Positions 36,640 through 45,415 of a DNA stretch of 55,280 nt are shown here, piece after piece. Every line of letters begins with the position of its first letter. The stretch's first letter is position 1. The position numbers and the translations under genes are program-made. The DNA comes from a virus (Duplodnaviria; Caudoviricetes). Location of the stretch: IMG/VR virus record IMGVR_UViG_3300025687_000004, positions 1 through 55,280 of that record. The stretch is one strand, 5' to 3'. The notes under the pieces were generated by a model, which had not been told where the DNA came from, did not search any database, and worked only from the letters and a program-made list of their open reading frames with translations.

Positions 36640-36841
36640 TCTAACTCACTATATTGACCGAATTATCTTTAAAATAAATAGTCCACAGACTTATTGACAA
36701 TTTTGTGGATTATTTTCTTTGTAATTTATTGTAGTGTCTGTATATCTAGCAAGCCAATCAAGAATGTCATGTAATTCCAATTCAGGCTCACTATTTGTTA
36801 AACAAAAAATTAATGAGTCTTTATGAACTTTTGGCATCTCT

Positions 36842-37117
36842 TTACTTATTAACAGCATCTTTCAATTTCTGTCCAACCTTAAATCTAGGTTGTTTATATG
36901 CTGCAATCTGCAAAACCTCACCAGTTCTAGGATTACGCCCCGGTCTTGCTGCCACATCCGCAACCGAGAAATTACCAAAGCCAACTAGCTGTATTTCGTT
37001 ACCTTCAGCTAGTGCTGACATAATACTACTAGTAAAAATATCAATTACTTTATTAGCTTCGTCTTGAGTAATATTTTGTTGATTGGCAATATGCTTTACA
37101 AATTCAGCCTTGTTCAT
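36842..37117 (-). CDS. hup: HU family DNA-binding protein
   Basis: MNKAEF...GFGNF...ARPGRNPRTGE...F. Confidence 0.95.
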   Translation of the reverse strand: MNKAEFVKHIANQQNITQDEANKVIDIFTSSIMSALAEGNEIQLVGFGNFSVADVAARPGRNPRTGEVLQIAAYKQPRFKVGQKLKDAVNK

Positions 37118-37137
37118 ATGATAATTTCCTTATTTAG

Positions 37138-37998
37138 TTAATTGGTAGACTTATTCAAAATAAGTTTTTTGTTTATATAGTCAATACAAGCATCTATTAT
37201 TTTTTCTGGTAACTCATCTATGCTTTCAACTTGTGCTTTTTGTAACCACAAATCCACAGTTTCTTGAGGAACATTATGTAATTCTATAAGCTCCTGTAAA
37301 GCAAAATATTTTTTTAACTTTGCCTCGTTTTGAGTAACATGACTCTCGTTTTCTTCGTCTTCAATATAACGCTCTAAAGCGTTTTGATTAGTGTTGTTTT
37401 CGAGTACAGTTTTTGTGTTTTCTGCAAAAGACTTGCCTTCCATTTCTTCGGCAGTTGGTTGCTGAGTAATAATTTCAGGAAAAGCCTTACGCAGTGCTTG
37501 AGCTTCTGCACATTTTGCTAATTGACCAAATGGTCTTTTTAGCCACATCGCATTAGGAGCAGTAGAATCTTTTCTTGCGGTAGCGTAATTCTCTAACCAA
37601 TATTCTTTTGCGGTAAATTCAACTATATTAGTCCCAACCAGTTTTTTAACTGTAACCTTACACCATTCAGGATATGAAATACTTACTCCACCTAGTTTAG
37701 TATTAACTGTATCACCATATTCTGGCTCGCTAACTCCTGCATATTTATTACTACGAGCAGCTTGAATACGATATAGACCAATACCTGGCATAATTGTATC
37801 TTTCATAGATTTAGTATTTTTGTCCCACATTGGCACTATATGTACTGGTTTTTGCATTGGGTCAAGCTTACATGCTTTGCAGTATTCAATTACCATCTGT
37901 ATACTGTCGTCTTTAGCTCCGGTATATAGACTGCTTTTTAAAGCAGATAATACTGCGCTGTCTATTTCATTATTTGTTTGTTGTACCAATTGGCTCAT
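37138..37998 (-). CDS. bet: Phage recombination protein Bet (Redbeta/RecT family)
   Basis: YCKACKLDPMQKPVHIVPM, GIGLYRIQAARS, W.KRP.GQLAKCAEAQALRKAFP. Confidence 0.9.
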   Translation of the reverse strand: MSQLVQQTNNEIDSAVLSALKSSLYTGAKDDSIQMVIEYCKACKLDPMQKPVHIVPMWDKNTKSMKDTIMPGIGLYRIQAARSNKYAGVSEPEYGDTVNTKLGGVSISYPEWCKVTVKKLVGTNIVEFTAKEYWLENYATARKDSTAPNAMWLKRPFGQLAKCAEAQALRKAFPEIITQQPTAEEMEGKSFAENTKTVLENNTNQNALERYIEDEENESHVTQNEAKLKKYFALQELIELHNVPQETVDLWLQKAQVESIDELPEKIIDACIDYINKKLILNKSTN

Positions 37999-38009
37999 AA
38001 TCACCTCAA

Positions 38010-38231
38010 TTATTTTATTAAATGTACTCTTGTTGCTATATCTTCAGTAGCTGACTGCTCGAGTATGAATTTCACTTTTTTATTTTTTATAAATTCGTCT
38101 AAGTTAGAAAGTTTTTCGACATTTTGAGCACGAAAAATACAATATTTTCCGTTACCGTACTTTATCAATCCCAAGCGTTGCTTTTTTTTAAACGTTAAAA
38201 TTTTTCCTTCTAGCCACTCTTCTTTAGACAT
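38010..38231 (-). CDS. Cold-shock/OB-fold-like small protein
   Basis: EGKILTF...GLI.....F....V.F......AT.V. Confidence 0.5.
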   Translation of the reverse strand: MSKEEWLEGKILTFKKKQRLGLIKYGNGKYCIFRAQNVEKLSNLDEFIKNKKVKFILEQSATEDIATRVHLIK

Positions 38232-38235
38232 ATTT

Positions 38236-38451
38236 TTATTTTATAATTTCTATTCTTGTTGCATTCTGTACACCATGTGCAATTTCAATGCTTAATATTA
38301 CTGACATGCATTTTGTTAATTTTTCTATAGCATTATTTCTAAAATGAAACGGCCATATTGATATATTTCCGCTGCCGTCATCAAGTTTAACTAAAGCTGT
38401 CTTTAGCTTTGGATTTACTTCTTGTACTACTCCTGTTTTAATTTCGCTCAT
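38236..38451 (-). CDS. Second OB-fold-like small protein
   Basis: TGVVQEVN...ALVKLDDG...NATRIEII, similar layout to its neighbour. Confidence 0.45.
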   Translation of the reverse strand: MSEIKTGVVQEVNPKLKTALVKLDDGSGNISIWPFHFRNNAIEKLTKCMSVILSIEIAHGVQNATRIEIIK

Positions 38452-38453
38452 AA

Positions 38454-39377
38454 TTATCCTTTTAATGAAAAAACTCTATAGCTACCGCTTTCCTTCAAGC
38501 ATTCCTGATAAATATCAGAATATTCAGATTTTAGCTTATTTGTATCTAAGCTTGCTCTACCTTTGCTGTTTTTCCATGTAGCATAACAGTGTCCTTCTTC
38601 TCCTACTAAAACCTCATTTTCTTGCATATAATCCTTAATACATAACTGTAGGCCTTTTATCTCTTCAGATATTGTTTTCTCACGAGCTTTTAGGTCTTGA
38701 AGAACGCATACTTTTTCTAAAATCGTATCGTTAGCTCTAACCTCAAGACCATTGGCCTTTGGGTAGAGTTTTGCTGCATCTTCTTGAGTTCTAGGTTTTG
38801 GTGGAACTCCTGCTAATACATGATTATTCCAGAATTTTTTAGCTGCTCTTATAAGCTGGCTTTCTTTGACTTCGTCTTTATCATAGCGATATATACGAAA
38901 ATCTTGACCACCGATTAGAACTGCTATATCTACTCTTTGTGCGCCTGTTATTGCTGCATAATAGCCAACTTGATACAAATAGCTTTCTGGTATCTGATCT
39001 GTACCTTCCTCGCCCCAGCAAGTAACTTTCATTTGATTAGCAGTCTTACATTCTAGAATATGGCGATTGCCTTCATCGTCAATTACCCAGTAATCCAAGT
39101 TACATGCTATGAATGGATATTCACTATGGCGGATAAGGCCTGCTGGCTTTTCTATCTTGAAGCCTGTGCGTTTTGCGTATTCTTGAGCAACAACGTCCTC
39201 TAAGACATTCCCCCAGTAAGCAGCTTCACCTGCTGTATCTTCTGCTATACCTTCAGCAGTTTTTTCAAAATATACGTCAAGTTCTGTACGAAAGTTATTA
39301 ATTCCGAGGATAGCTCCCAAATCAGAGCCTCCTATGTATGTTTTTCGCTCTTCGAGCCACGCTTGTTTATTAGTCAT
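38454..39377 (-). CDS. YqaJ/lambda-exonuclease family recombination nuclease
   Basis: WLEERKTYIGGSD, G..LE..VA..Y, NLD...ILECKT, Y..QV..Y. Confidence 0.93.
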   Translation of the reverse strand: MTNKQAWLEERKTYIGGSDLGAILGINNFRTELDVYFEKTAEGIAEDTAGEAAYWGNVLEDVVAQEYAKRTGFKIEKPAGLIRHSEYPFIACNLDYWVIDDEGNRHILECKTANQMKVTCWGEEGTDQIPESYLYQVGYYAAITGAQRVDIAVLIGGQDFRIYRYDKDEVKESQLIRAAKKFWNNHVLAGVPPKPRTQEDAAKLYPKANGLEVRANDTILEKVCVLQDLKAREKTISEEIKGLQLCIKDYMQENEVLVGEEGHCYATWKNSKGRASLDTNKLKSEYSDIYQECLKESGSYRVFSLKG

Positions 39378-39900
39378 TTTTCCAACCTTTTTTCAATTCA
39401 CGCCATTGTAATTTTTCTTTTTTACGAGTAACTAAATTAAATTCATTATCTCTTTCAACATAATCACCAAAAGTTATAAACATCTCTAATGTTGAGATAT
39501 CCGAAAAGCCTGAAATTTCAAACAAGCTTTCTCCATTCTGCACTATAATTAATAGCTTTTCTCTATCTATATGAGAGACCTCGCTGTTAGATTTGTGAAT
39601 GTAGTTATCCATAAAATAATCAGAAAAACCGAGTGGTAAATCGTCGCTGTAACAATTTACTGGGAACTCAAATTTAAACTTTTTTTCTATTTTATTTTTA
39701 CACTTAGTAAATTTTTCAAAAGCTATTCGGCAATCTTCAGTCAGCTTATAATTCAGTTCCCACAGATGCTTTATATTGTGTTTCAGACACTCGTCGCCAT
39801 AAGCTTGTCTAAGACTTATTGCAGCTTTCTTGAATTTCTTTTGTTCCTGTTCTGAATCAAGTAATTCTTCGTAATATTGATATTCATCTTTTTTCGCCAT
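39370..39900 (-). CDS. Hypothetical protein
   Basis: GAGGAG SD; in early operon. Confidence 0.65.
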   Translation of the reverse strand: MAKKDEYQYYEELLDSEQEQKKFKKAAISLRQAYGDECLKHNIKHLWELNYKLTEDCRIAFEKFTKCKNKIEKKFKFEFPVNCYSDDLPLGFSDYFMDNYIHKSNSEVSHIDREKLLIIVQNGESLFEISGFSDISTLEMFITFGDYVERDNEFNLVTRKKEKLQWRELKKGWKND

Positions 39901-40033
39901 AACTCCTCACGCATTCATTCAATTGCTCTCTTAGCTGATAAATCTCACTTGACTCGTTAAACTTACCATTAGCTGCTATCAACTGCTTCAAGGTCTTTAA
40001 GGTCTTTACATCTCGTGCTTGTTTTTCACTCAT
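39884..40033 (-). CDS. Small hypothetical protein (49 aa, not in ORF track)
   Basis: MSEKQARDVKTLKTLKQL...; ATGA overlap with upstream ORF. Confidence 0.45.
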   Translation of the reverse strand: MSEKQARDVKTLKTLKQLIAANGKFNESSEIYQLREQLNECVRSYGEKR

Positions 40034-40173
40034 AACGTTTTTACCCATTCATCTAATTCTTTTGCAGTTTCGTGATCAAAATCTTTTATAATTCCTTTTT
40101 TTTCTAATGCTTTGGTCATTTCTAAGCATATTTTAAACAGTTCTATAGACTTTTTATCTAACTTTTTACTCAT
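40030..40173 (-). CDS. Small hypothetical protein (47 aa, not in ORF track)
   Basis: MSKKLDKKSIELFKICL...; AGGAGGTG SD, ATGA overlap. Confidence 0.5.
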   Translation of the reverse strand: MSKKLDKKSIELFKICLEMTKALEKKGIIKDFDHETAKELDEWVKTL

Positions 40174-40385
40174 GCCACACCTCCTAAAATCAACTGACCT
40201 TTTCTATATGGCATTACTTCGTTATAAGTTATAAAAATCTTATCGCTGATTTCTAGGTTTTTATCTATTTTAAACATGTAATAAGGTTCTGACTTGTCTT
40301 GTTTTTTAAAAATATGAACTGGTCTTTCGTGTTTGCGCAAACCTTCATAATAACCTTTGTAGATAAATTCTTCTGTGTTATTCAT
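40170..40385 (-). CDS. Hypothetical protein
   Basis: Start MNNTEE after GGAGG. Confidence 0.55.
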   Translation of the reverse strand: MNNTEEFIYKGYYEGLRKHERPVHIFKKQDKSEPYYMFKIDKNLEISDKIFITYNEVMPYRKGQLILGGVA

Positions 40386-40620
40386 CAACAACCTCCCAAT
40401 CATTAGCTAGTACATCTTGCGGTGAAAAATTAGCAATTCTTCTTCCTTCGTTATTTTTAAAATTAGTTCCAAAAACCTCTTCTAAATTTTCATTTGATAT
40501 TGATCCATCATGTGAGATGTTAGTCATATGAACACAATTATCTTTATCTCCAAAACCCCACCATTCCCTGCGAATTTTCTTGCCTTCAAAGGCTAATTTA
40601 ACAGCTTCTATAATATTCAT
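40378..40620 (-). CDS. DUF2829/Tad2-like protein (candidate anti-defence nucleotide sponge)
   Basis: MNI.EAVK...GKKIRR..W ... FS.QDVLANDWEVV. Confidence 0.7.
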   Translation of the reverse strand: MNIIEAVKLAFEGKKIRREWWGFGDKDNCVHMTNISHDGSISNENLEEVFGTNFKNNEGRRIANFSPQDVLANDWEVVDE

Positions 40621-40624
40621 TTTA

Positions 40625-40855
40625 TCACATCCATTGGTTTAATTCTTCAGCACTGGCTATTAAAACACCTGTTTCGGCAGTCAATCTACCTATAGCCAGA
40701 TTATTAACAGTAATATATTCTTTTGGAACTACTACAAAAGTATCGTTTGTAGCAACTTTTAACCATTGTCCTATACTATGCACTGACAAGCTGCTTATAC
40801 AACTTTCATATAATTTCATAACTTCGCAGCGATCTATTTTTAAATTATTTTCCAT
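40625..40855 (-). CDS. Hypothetical protein
   Basis: Start MENNLK after GGAGG. Confidence 0.55.
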   Translation of the reverse strand: MENNLKIDRCEVMKLYESCISSLSVHSIGQWLKVATNDTFVVVPKEYITVNNLAIGRLTAETGVLIASAEELNQWM

Positions 40856-40856
40856 A

Positions 40857-41387
40857 TTAAGCCTCCATTCTTCTTGTAAATGCAAATTGAGTTTTTGCGT
40901 AATTTAAATAATTATTCTCAGCTTGATCTATATTAGACATTTCCTGCTCTATAGCAAGAATATCATAACCAAAGCTTTTCCAGTTTATGCCGTATTCATT
41001 AGCTCTTTGTATAACTTCTTCAAATTCTTCTACTTTATCTCTAAGTGTTAGGATATCTATGTTTGCCATATCGTAAGGTATTTCATATTCGTGAGCTTTT
41101 AGTAACAATTGCTTACCTTCTTCTGATACTAAATAACGCTCATATACGCTTTTTGCTTTTCTCGCTAAAGTAGCAACAACATAAGCTATTGGCATTCCAA
41201 AATCTTTATCGTCTCTAATATTTGGAGTATGAAAACTAGGCTTGTCGCTTAATCTAGGATTCAAACTATAGTCGTCAGAAACTGTTGCATTATTGCTATT
41301 CTTACAATTTCTATTGCCTGATAATTTTTTTTGTGCTAATAATGTGCTTACAAAGCCTTGTGGTAAATGTTTCATAATATACTCCAT
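40857..41387 (-). CDS. Hypothetical protein, first gene of the early leftward operon
   Basis: 176-aa ORF downstream of the 41463-41491 promoter. Confidence 0.65.
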   Translation of the reverse strand: MEYIMKHLPQGFVSTLLAQKKLSGNRNCKNSNNATVSDDYSLNPRLSDKPSFHTPNIRDDKDFGMPIAYVVATLARKAKSVYERYLVSEEGKQLLLKAHEYEIPYDMANIDILTLRDKVEEFEEVIQRANEYGINWKSFGYDILAIEQEMSNIDQAENNYLNYAKTQFAFTRRMEA

Positions 41388-41410
41388 TTTATAATTAAAC
41401 GTACAAGGTT

Positions 41411-41444
41411 AAACGCTTGAAGTGTCAGCTTCAGGCGTTTTTTT
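41411..41444 (+). terminator. Intrinsic terminator (plus strand, antisense to the early operon leader)
   Basis: AAACGCTTGAAG-TGTCAG-CTTCAGGCGTTT followed by a T-tract. Confidence 0.7.
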
Positions 41445-41462
41445 ATGCCTTGCTTATAAGGT

Positions 41463-41491
41463 AGTATATTATGGGAAAACCAACAAGTCAA
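41463..41491 (-). promoter_or_regulatory. sigma70 promoter of the early leftward operon
   Basis: TTGACT-17-TATACT. Confidence 0.75.
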
Positions 41492-41520
41492 GTCTTTTAT
41501 GCAAAAAAATAAAGTCTTTT

Positions 41521-41799
41521 TTATGTTCCTTTGTATCTCTTTATAAGCTCTTCTATTCTCCTGTAATTAGGTCTGTATACGTAAGAGCCATCTTTCTCTT
41601 TTACAATAAAATTTCTTTTCTCTAATGCTTTGAGACTATAAGCCATTCTCTGTTTTGTAGTTTTAGCTTCCTCTTCAATCATCTTGCTAGATAGAGGGTA
41701 TTCTGAACTACAAATAATTTCTAATGCTTGTCTTTGTTTTTCAGGTAATAATTTACTATTATGTATTGCTTCAATCATCATTTTTTTACTCGTCATCAT
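41521..41799 (-). CDS. Winged-HTH transcriptional regulator
   Basis: KQRQALEII...LSSKMIEE....KQRMAYSLKALEKRNFIVKEKDG..YVY. Confidence 0.75.
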   Translation of the reverse strand: MMTSKKMMIEAIHNSKLLPEKQRQALEIICSSEYPLSSKMIEEEAKTTKQRMAYSLKALEKRNFIVKEKDGSYVYRPNYRRIEELIKRYKGT

Positions 41800-42025
41800 T
41801 TTGCACTTGACTATTTTCTATAATTGTCTTTATTTTAAATATAGGTAAAAAAATGATATTCTTCAAGTTTTTACTTTTTTTACAAAGCATATTGATAAAC
41901 AGGAGGGGTATATAGTGATTTAGTATCAAAAAAACAAATGAAGGGAGTGTGAACTTTTTTGATAGAAAAGAACATAAAAACTAAATAGGATTTAACAGCC
42001 CTATTAACTGCACTTTAACAACTGT

Positions 42026-42054
42026 AGAATAGTATTTTTTGTCTAAAAAGTCAA
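42026..42054 (-). promoter_or_regulatory. sigma70-like promoter divergent from the DnaA_N-like gene
   Basis: TTGACT-17-TATTCT. Confidence 0.5.
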
Positions 42055-42100
42055 CACATCTCTTAAATAATTTTAATAAAAAATAGAAAATCAAGAGATT

Positions 42101-43513
42101 GTGACAAAATTAAAAACAAACCAAGACTACCAAGTAGCACCAAAACAAGTAAACTTAACAACTTTAAAAACCAAGGCTCAACTAAATAGCATTATTGTTG
42201 ATAGATACGGCAGACCCGACTATTTAGCAATAAATCTATACTGGGATAGCTTCCGATCTTGGTATAATCCTAAAATCCCCTACAAAAAAGGCGATAATAT
42301 TTACTATTTATCTAAACTAAAAACCAAAGGAATATTCCTTAATTATAAAAAATTAGCCGAAGCTCATGGATGTAGTAGAGAGGCTATCAGGCAAAAGGTG
42401 GTAAAATTAGAACAGTTAGGATTAATTCATAGAAGTTTCCAGCATAAAGAGACTGTTACTACTAAATCTTATAACAAGCTAATTGTATATGTATGGAAAG
42501 ATACTCCATATTTTTATAACAATTTTGGAACAGACTACGAGAAAGTTGAACTAAATCCTCATACTAATCACGAATATATTGCTGAAAAGTACAAAAAGCA
42601 ATTTTTAAAAATTTTACCGCAGGAACATGCGGGTTTGACAGGGGGGGGTATCCAAGCACAGTTGGATACTAAAGAACTAAATAACTATTCTAATAAATTA
42701 GAATATAGATCTAATGCGCAAGCGCAAAAATCTAAATTTTTCAATAATTCTAATTCTAGTAATAGCTTATCAGAGTCTGTTGAAACTATAGACGCTAATA
42801 CCGCAACTTGCGAATATGTGGACAAGGTTGTAAAAGCGGTTAGCAAAAAGAAGTTTAATTTAAATGCTAGAAAGAAACCTACAGCAGCGGAGCGCAAGGC
42901 TAGTAAAGCTAAGGTTTACAAGTTCAACCAATACGATGAGCCAAAAACACTAGCCGATCATTATCCACTAAGCTCAGAAGACGCATACGAGCTACAAAAG
43001 CGCAGCGGTAAGCAATATAACCTAAACGCTATGAATGAAATTTTATTGGATATGTCTCGGAAACCCAAGGAGAGCAAGCATATGTTTGAATCAAAGGCTA
43101 GGTTTATGTCCTATATGACTAAGGTTTACCAAAATGAAGACAGAGACGAGAACAAAACGAATTTACCGGGCTTTAAAATTATGAAAAGGCGACCACAAGC
43201 TGAAGTCACGGACATAACTACACTAGCCCAGCGTGAGAAATATTTGAATGATGTTGAAAATGCTGGCATTCATACAAGGTCCGATTATACACAATTTAGG
43301 GCAAGAATAGCAGGGCAATTCCCTGTGAACTTAGGTTATGACTTGCTTACAAATACGATAAATGCTAAAAAAAGGAATAATGTATTGGAAATAACCATGT
43401 ATAAACTAATTGATCTTACAGAGCATTATAAGCAATGTTTGATGGATTTAGCTAAAGGGATTGGTGGTTATGAAGGTGTTAATAAATTAGAATTATTAAA
43501 AAGGTCAGAATGA
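42101..43513 (+). CDS. Rickettsia-type DnaA_N-like / HTH replication protein
   Basis: N-terminal wHTH (YKKLAEAHGCSREAIRQKVVKLEQLGLI); HYPLS.ED...LQ..SG..YNLNAMNEILLDMS motif recalled from Rickettsiaceae DnaA-like proteins. Confidence 0.7.
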   Translation: MTKLKTNQDYQVAPKQVNLTTLKTKAQLNSIIVDRYGRPDYLAINLYWDSFRSWYNPKIPYKKGDNIYYLSKLKTKGIFLNYKKLAEAHGCSREAIRQKVVKLEQLGLIHRSFQHKETVTTKSYNKLIVYVWKDTPYFYNNFGTDYEKVELNPHTNHEYIAEKYKKQFLKILPQEHAGLTGGGIQAQLDTKELNNYSNKLEYRSNAQAQKSKFFNNSNSSNSLSESVETIDANTATCEYVDKVVKAVSKKKFNLNARKKPTAAERKASKAKVYKFNQYDEPKTLADHYPLSSEDAYELQKRSGKQYNLNAMNEILLDMSRKPKESKHMFESKARFMSYMTKVYQNEDRDENKTNLPGFKIMKRRPQAEVTDITTLAQREKYLNDVENAGIHTRSDYTQFRARIAGQFPVNLGYDLLTNTINAKKRNNVLEITMYKLIDLTEHYKQCLMDLAKGIGGYEGVNKLELLKRSE

Positions 43514-43881
43514 AAAATATTATTATTATAACTCTATGTGGTTGTATTCTAACAAGTTGTGCGTCAATTACCACTGGTAAGAACCAGTCTTTAAGCGTAG
43601 CAACCGCACCGGAATTACATGCTTCTTGTGAATTAACAAACGATAAAGGTGTATGGTATGTTAATGAAACTCCTGCATCAGTTACAGTAAGTCGTGCATA
43701 TGGCGACCTCAATGTAATATGCAGGAAAGGAGAAAAATCAGGAAATACAAAAGTTAAATCCTCAACAAAAGGTATGGTATTTGGAAATATTTTGGCTGGA
43801 GGTATGATAGGAGCTGCTGTTGATGAGAGAACTGGTGCAGCCTATGATTATCCTAGTACTATAACTGTTCCTATGAAGTAG
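43510..43881 (+). CDS. Lipoprotein
   Basis: Lipobox LTSC-ASITTG, glycine zipper GNILAGGMIGAAVD..TGAAYDYP. Confidence 0.8.
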   Translation: MKNIIIITLCGCILTSCASITTGKNQSLSVATAPELHASCELTNDKGVWYVNETPASVTVSRAYGDLNVICRKGEKSGNTKVKSSTKGMVFGNILAGGMIGAAVDERTGAAYDYPSTITVPMK

Positions 43882-44054
43882 TTACGTCTAGTGTCGGATT
43901 AAAAATAATAGGTATTTAGACATCAATAAGCAAATACTCATATCAGTCAAGCAGTATATACGTATAACTGTATTTACGTAACACGAATTAGTTGCAAAAA
44001 CTCCTTATATAAACTATATTGGTCGCTATTTTATTTTACGAAAAAAAGTATTAC

Positions 44055-44648
44055 ATGTCAGATAAATATACATTTAGCAAAACTGATTTAGAAAAAATTA
44101 CCAAAATAGTTAGCATAAAAAACGTAGAAGCCGCTTCTAAAAAATTCTGTAATAGACCTTATGTATTTTTTGATTTGCGAAAAATCGACAAGGAGCTTAA
44201 CAAAGCAATAGAAAAAGGCCAAGCTTTAAGAAAACAAAACACCGAAGTAAATAAAGCAATTAAATATTTTAGTGAATTCACTGGCAAAGAACTCGCTGAA
44301 TTAAATGAGTTTGTCATAAAATATGGCATACAAAAAATGCCTGAGCAATATGGTTTTAAAGTGATCACAATTAATAATGCTAGAAAAGAGTTGCCTCAGT
44401 TGGATAAGGCAATTAAAGATGGAATAAAGGCAAAAAGATCAGTGGTAGCTACGCTTGGTTATAGAACAAGAAATAAAGAAAAGCCAAGCAAAGCAAAAAA
44501 AATACAAGTTATTGTAAACACAACTCTATCAGGAATATCAGATCAAACAGAAGTGAACTTAGCTAATTTCAAAAAGATGATAGAAAGAAATAAACAATTG
44601 GAGCATGTAAAAAGGTTCAAAAATGGTGATTTTGACAACATGATTTAA
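44055..44648 (+). CDS. Hypothetical protein with internal duplication
   Basis: Two units ending KELNKAIEKG / PQLDKAIKDG. Confidence 0.6.
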   Translation: MSDKYTFSKTDLEKITKIVSIKNVEAASKKFCNRPYVFFDLRKIDKELNKAIEKGQALRKQNTEVNKAIKYFSEFTGKELAELNEFVIKYGIQKMPEQYGFKVITINNARKELPQLDKAIKDGIKAKRSVVATLGYRTRNKEKPSKAKKIQVIVNTTLSGISDQTEVNLANFKKMIERNKQLEHVKRFKNGDFDNMI

Positions 44649-44714
44649 TTTTTTTGTATTAGAAAAAAACACTTGTTTTGTTTTTCAAGTGTTTTTAGTA
44701 TGGTTACTTAAGAG

Positions 44715-44845
44715 CTTATAAACTCTACCATAAGTGTACTAGTCTAAATTTTATGGCTAGGAGGGCTATTCTATAAGGAGTTAGTATCACCCTGACTCCG
44801 AAATGATAGCGGCTAACTTATGGTAGTTTTATAACCTCCTAGCTT
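44715..44845 (+). ncRNA. C4/CI-like antisense RNA with upstream target
   Basis: Closing stem GCTAGGAGG/CCTCCTAGC, internal hairpin GGAGTTAG/CTGACTCC, ACTTATGGTAG complementary to upstream CTACCATAAGT. Confidence 0.55.
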
Positions 44846-44865
44846 CCAAACGAATAATTTTAAAA

Positions 44866-45120
44866 ATGAAGACAATAAAAGTACAAGATATACATTCTCT
44901 AGCTGCTACTTCAATTAAAAGCGAAATTTCTCTAAATGACTTGAGTTTGTGGTTAAAATGTAAAACCGACCATCAATATATAATATTTGATAGAAATACG
45001 ATTCTAAAGTTAATTAATTATGCGATACATCATAATACATGTTTTGAAAATGATTTTGTTGGCAAAGATTTAGACATCGATAAAGATGAATTACAATTTT
45101 TGAAAGATTATTTTTTGTAA
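44866..45120 (+). CDS. Hypothetical protein downstream of the C4-like RNA
   Basis: 84-aa ORF. Confidence 0.55.
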   Translation: MKTIKVQDIHSLAATSIKSEISLNDLSLWLKCKTDHQYIIFDRNTILKLINYAIHHNTCFENDFVGKDLDIDKDELQFLKDYFL

Positions 45121-45413
45121 AATTCATAATTAATGTTTTCTATAACTTCTTTTGATTTTAAGTTTTGTATAGATTCCTTAAATTCATCTTCGCTTATAGA
45201 CAATTTATCTAAAATAGTATTAACTTTAGCTCTTAAGTGTTTTTCAGGCTTTCTTTTGTCTAAAAAACTAGCTTCAAACTCTAAATCTAACTCAGATGCT
45301 AATAAAAACAACGCAACGCATATATCGTTAGGTCGATATATGCCTTTTTCTAAGAGGCCAGATAAAAATATATAAAGATGACATTTTAATGGTAATATTG
45401 GGTCTTCATCCAT
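45108..45413 (-). CDS. Hypothetical protein (possible wHTH)
   Basis: ILDKLSISEDEFKESIQNLKSKEVI; GGA SD. Confidence 0.5.
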   Translation of the reverse strand: MDEDPILPLKCHLYIFLSGLLEKGIYRPNDICVALFLLASELDLEFEASFLDKRKPEKHLRAKVNTILDKLSISEDEFKESIQNLKSKEVIENINYEFYKK

Positions 45414-45415
45414 AA

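Noticed and set aside
42641-42648. G8 tract as a phase-variation switch in the DnaA_N-like gene
   Set aside because: Short, in frame (Gly codons) and no evidence of length variation from a single sequence
44790-44805. Hammerhead ribozyme (CTGA...GAAA)
   Set aside because: Lacks the CUGANGA core and stem II; CTGACTCC is paired in a hairpin
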